From positions 3,281 to 67,280 of the forward strand of contig JBDRNJ010000057.1 of the NCBI GenBank assembly GCA_043811375.1: a DNA stretch of 64,000 nucleotides. The letters are read 5' to 3'. The position numbers and the translations under genes were made by a program. The notes under the pieces were generated by a model, which made no database searches, had not been told where the DNA came from, and saw only the letters and a program-made list of their open reading frames with translations. Below, in pieces: positions 63,401 to 64,000 of this stretch. Source of the stretch: a bacterium. Its GTDB lineage: Bacteria > Zixibacteria > MSB-5A5 > GN15 > FEB-12. Numbering within the stretch: the stretch's first letter is position 1; every line of letters starts with the position of its first letter.

Positions 63401-64000
63401 CTCTCAGAATCGTTTGAAGAATATTATGCTGGTGACTCGGTAACTCCCTGGACAACCAGCGGCGGCAATTTCGATTTCTGCACCAAGAGCGTATGGGTGT
63501 TCAATTGGCCGCGCGATCTGGTCTGGAGCGGAAGATTGGAGGATCGTCGTTTTGGAGTAATCGACCAACCTGTGCTAATGACGGCTGATCGATCAGTAGA
63601 AGTGTTTTTCCCGGAAGGGTATGGGATGGCCAGCTCCACACAGTCAGGGATGTACAGCGTTCGTGTACATGGCACTATCGATGACGGAGCAAGCGTTTTG
63701 ATGTTTGAGGACATCGATGCCCCACTTCATCCTTCTGTGCCGATCGATGTTCGGACTCCAGTTGCTGATCAGGTGCACTATGTTGTCGAGCCGGTGCGTC
63801 ATTCAAAGACCCGTTCGGCTATCACGAAGAGGTATGCGCACACTGGGGTCCGTAGTCTGCTGATTGGTGACACCATATCATTCGAGCAGAATCGACTGCA
63901 ACTGAAGCCTGACAAAGCTTACGTGTTGACGGCGTGGATGCGCAAAGCCGATGACGACGTTCACACGTACAAAACAGATCACTCTGATTCCGAGCACAAC
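57494..64000 (+). CDS. very large secreted RHS/YD-like protein (partial, >2169 aa)
   Basis: Not in ORF track because there is no stop in the window. Signal peptide, VDLYTGDLNYKIPL, MDQEASWVGLGWSL, GGGCRV and HTGVRSL...YVLTAWMR; the same frame reads sensibly at both ends. Confidence 0.82.
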   Translation, partial: MVCSLPKFANRCSIVPICTVLLFLILSISIAFAVTSGPDDPNIQSISAVDVDQYVDLYTGDLNYKIPLFDLQGPNGNYPFVLTYSSNITMDQEASWVGLGWSLSAGAISRQMRGLADDWNGARVRKVRDVKPNYTWGVSAGGSLELIGADNKKGGKLSGSAGITAYYNNYKGWGQSRDIGFGYKNVGGTSLTAGLGLKLDTQGGLTLSPSLGLGWSLERKESEFQVGASASAAFNSRQGLSSLSLGYSGKVVKTKPTGDQGKRSPTDIMGLAGQSTLSFARSAYVPYYEMPMTGWNVSATFKLGGEFLGVHPNLYIRGFYNRQWLKNRAKVTAKSAFGYLHLEGFGTSETSGRIMDINREHDGMIRKESPNLPIPSLTHDIYTVTGTGMSGAFRPYRREIGVVYDPEVKSSITGGGLGVEIGGGNAVHVGIDGSLNHSVSESKPWLDPTLSEIYKFKGAMGESAQFKPYYFRFLGEHTAQDTSVLSHVGGERAVRAELATSGLSEIVDEAVDLDFELFSPTGQLTDAYGIATPAAQTESDAAEPRSRLIQSFSNADLIDADAFTNQHLHVTFYDVNEDAHVLERSGRDHDDIAAFVITGTDGVRYIYALPVYNNEHVEYVFSVEATGHECEPTYPLSQLGGSPGSEYYKVSNSEEYYRRTELPPYVYSYLLTAIVGPDYVDADNIPGASAGDFGHWVKFTYTKWEEDYKWRAPFVDANFNPGMQTPRDDKASFMYGSRQVYCLRTAETKTQIAQFFVSERRDARGAVDSMQTANSSSCLGASLFQLDKVSLFSRNSRLIHSSEDEVNELPLKTVHFRYRNELCRELPNGQPSSGYTQVDDTVSGKLTLKRLWFTHERSTRGSLSPYVFDYDYADPDRNPRYESHHQDAWGSYKPCLDNYKCWQMDVASPHQIDGSGSFDLGALNAHATAWRLRAIHLPSGGSLHIDYESDTYSHVQNKPATYMARIIDPDGNGKIGSFEDWQVVFPLVQPISKSTSQEALAELLQRYARKHEQVYFKAHMYLKDHSQSISDIVAGFARVDNVDVLDAPGPGPYTHGVITVRSDNGKRDHHPITEAALQHLLLNRPEDIYTPLSFDPDAGWDDHALMIPSLVGYALSEIVSAIDGYYDNATRKGWGQEFDQDRSWIRLRYPYGRKFGGGCRVSRLTLVDNWGAATDSSEPSSEYGFAYLYDNEDGSSSGVTTFEPMVMHEENPLRMAKTYTQSVPLGSDYNLFFPYPINTGYMPGPMVGYQKVRVRSLATQGVVDGRIPASVRTTGETRHRFFTSRDFPVQTEETAIQKKFFDLWVPLLFFGEITIHNMTASQGYAITLNDMAGKLKELSHFGVDTSGQVETNATSWTRYNYNARPIRLKNNVVMYQVEDALNVFDSIGPSSEKRVGLDYEFFLDMRHSRSEAIQGGVNLNLDFGMAGPIPIVLVGPFANIGWSLNQMQTVVANKIIHKAGVLTGVESFDGQTLSRTDYHAFDAITGQPLLTSRSNRFGDPVYSLTIPAHWPYAGMGNPNRKIDLRFEADLGPCNGEGEYCFDPPAGLDLLGTGDELMVRGQDASARATVVQDGDILKVVSGSGEAPTGRVTIIMLRPAERNMLSANAGVIEALENPEVALRQGRQDICRETIYYMCDSCEVSHWVPFVTPCAHAVVRLLDSLCRTEAGGRRDLRRTLVNDPLVSINELCGRQIQDIPWEYCVPYNRSTLSDTAVHLFVRGDELEKCGVTFLSASGDPIAIRSIVSVSNPTYLEQHPAKIQCDNRTGYDFANISVDIWQKGQYKPAIAYLFSSCGFWTAECLSTEWVYQECRWDTSYVLQLFDKVLNMSATTYNQSWLHDMANVRFPGSAEYAEETWNRLLGLHPYYRGDLGIWRPAASYEFLEERKQSFSDPNLRVDGTVDNAVMFQWNNAAFLDCAPQWLRVDTTTQYSPCNFAIESRDILDIPSSALFGHNNSLLTALAVDAESEEILSESFEEYYAGDSVTPWTTSGGNFDFCTKSVWVFNWPRDLVWSGRLEDRRFGVIDQPVLMTADRSVEVFFPEGYGMASSTQSGMYSVRVHGTIDDGASVLMFEDIDAPLHPSVPIDVRTPVADQVHYVVEPVRHSKTRSAITKRYAHTGVRSLLIGDTISFEQNRLQLKPDKAYVLTAWMRKADDDVHTYKTDHSDSEHN

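Larger units (their letters stand above)
25010..64000. mobile_element. genomic island adjacent to tRNA-Asn (right end not seen)
   Basis: Abrupt switch from housekeeping genes to defence, IS-remnant, recombinase and phage-like genes directly after the tRNA. Confidence 0.75.

Overview
Bacterial window in two halves. Positions 1-25009 are core genome: argF, pyrR-pyrB-pyrC with a PyrR-binding leader, an ECF ATPase, gcvH/gcvPA/gcvPB, accB/accC, a PilT-family ATPase, rpsA-plsC-cmk, pspC and tRNA-Asn. The gene order suggests an FCB-related candidate phylum such as Zixibacteria, but this is inference only. Inside the gcv cluster is a selenoprotein that the ORF track truncates: a thioredoxin-fold UxxC domain plus TPR repeats, with an in-frame TGA followed by a SECIS-like hairpin. 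From tRNA-Asn to the end is a genomic island. It carries a three-gene restriction-like defence system (HTH-SNF2 helicase-nuclease, DUF1156 methylase, DUF499 ATPase) whose fourth gene, an MBL hydrolase, was cut by an IS end. It also carries an endonuclease III homologue and an unusual 10-gene operon: a soluble histidine kinase with an apparently inactivated restriction-nuclease-like N-terminus, two stand-alone receivers, a K+-channel-like protein, a Liv-type ABC transporter and an NPPF methyltransferase. Further along are a DUF2924/serine-recombinase element with phage-like ParB-methylase and terminase-small-like genes, an IS3-bracketed secreted phosphodiesterase and a >2169-aa secreted RHS/YD-like protein that runs off the end. 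All family assignments come from recognising motifs by eye; no searches were run.
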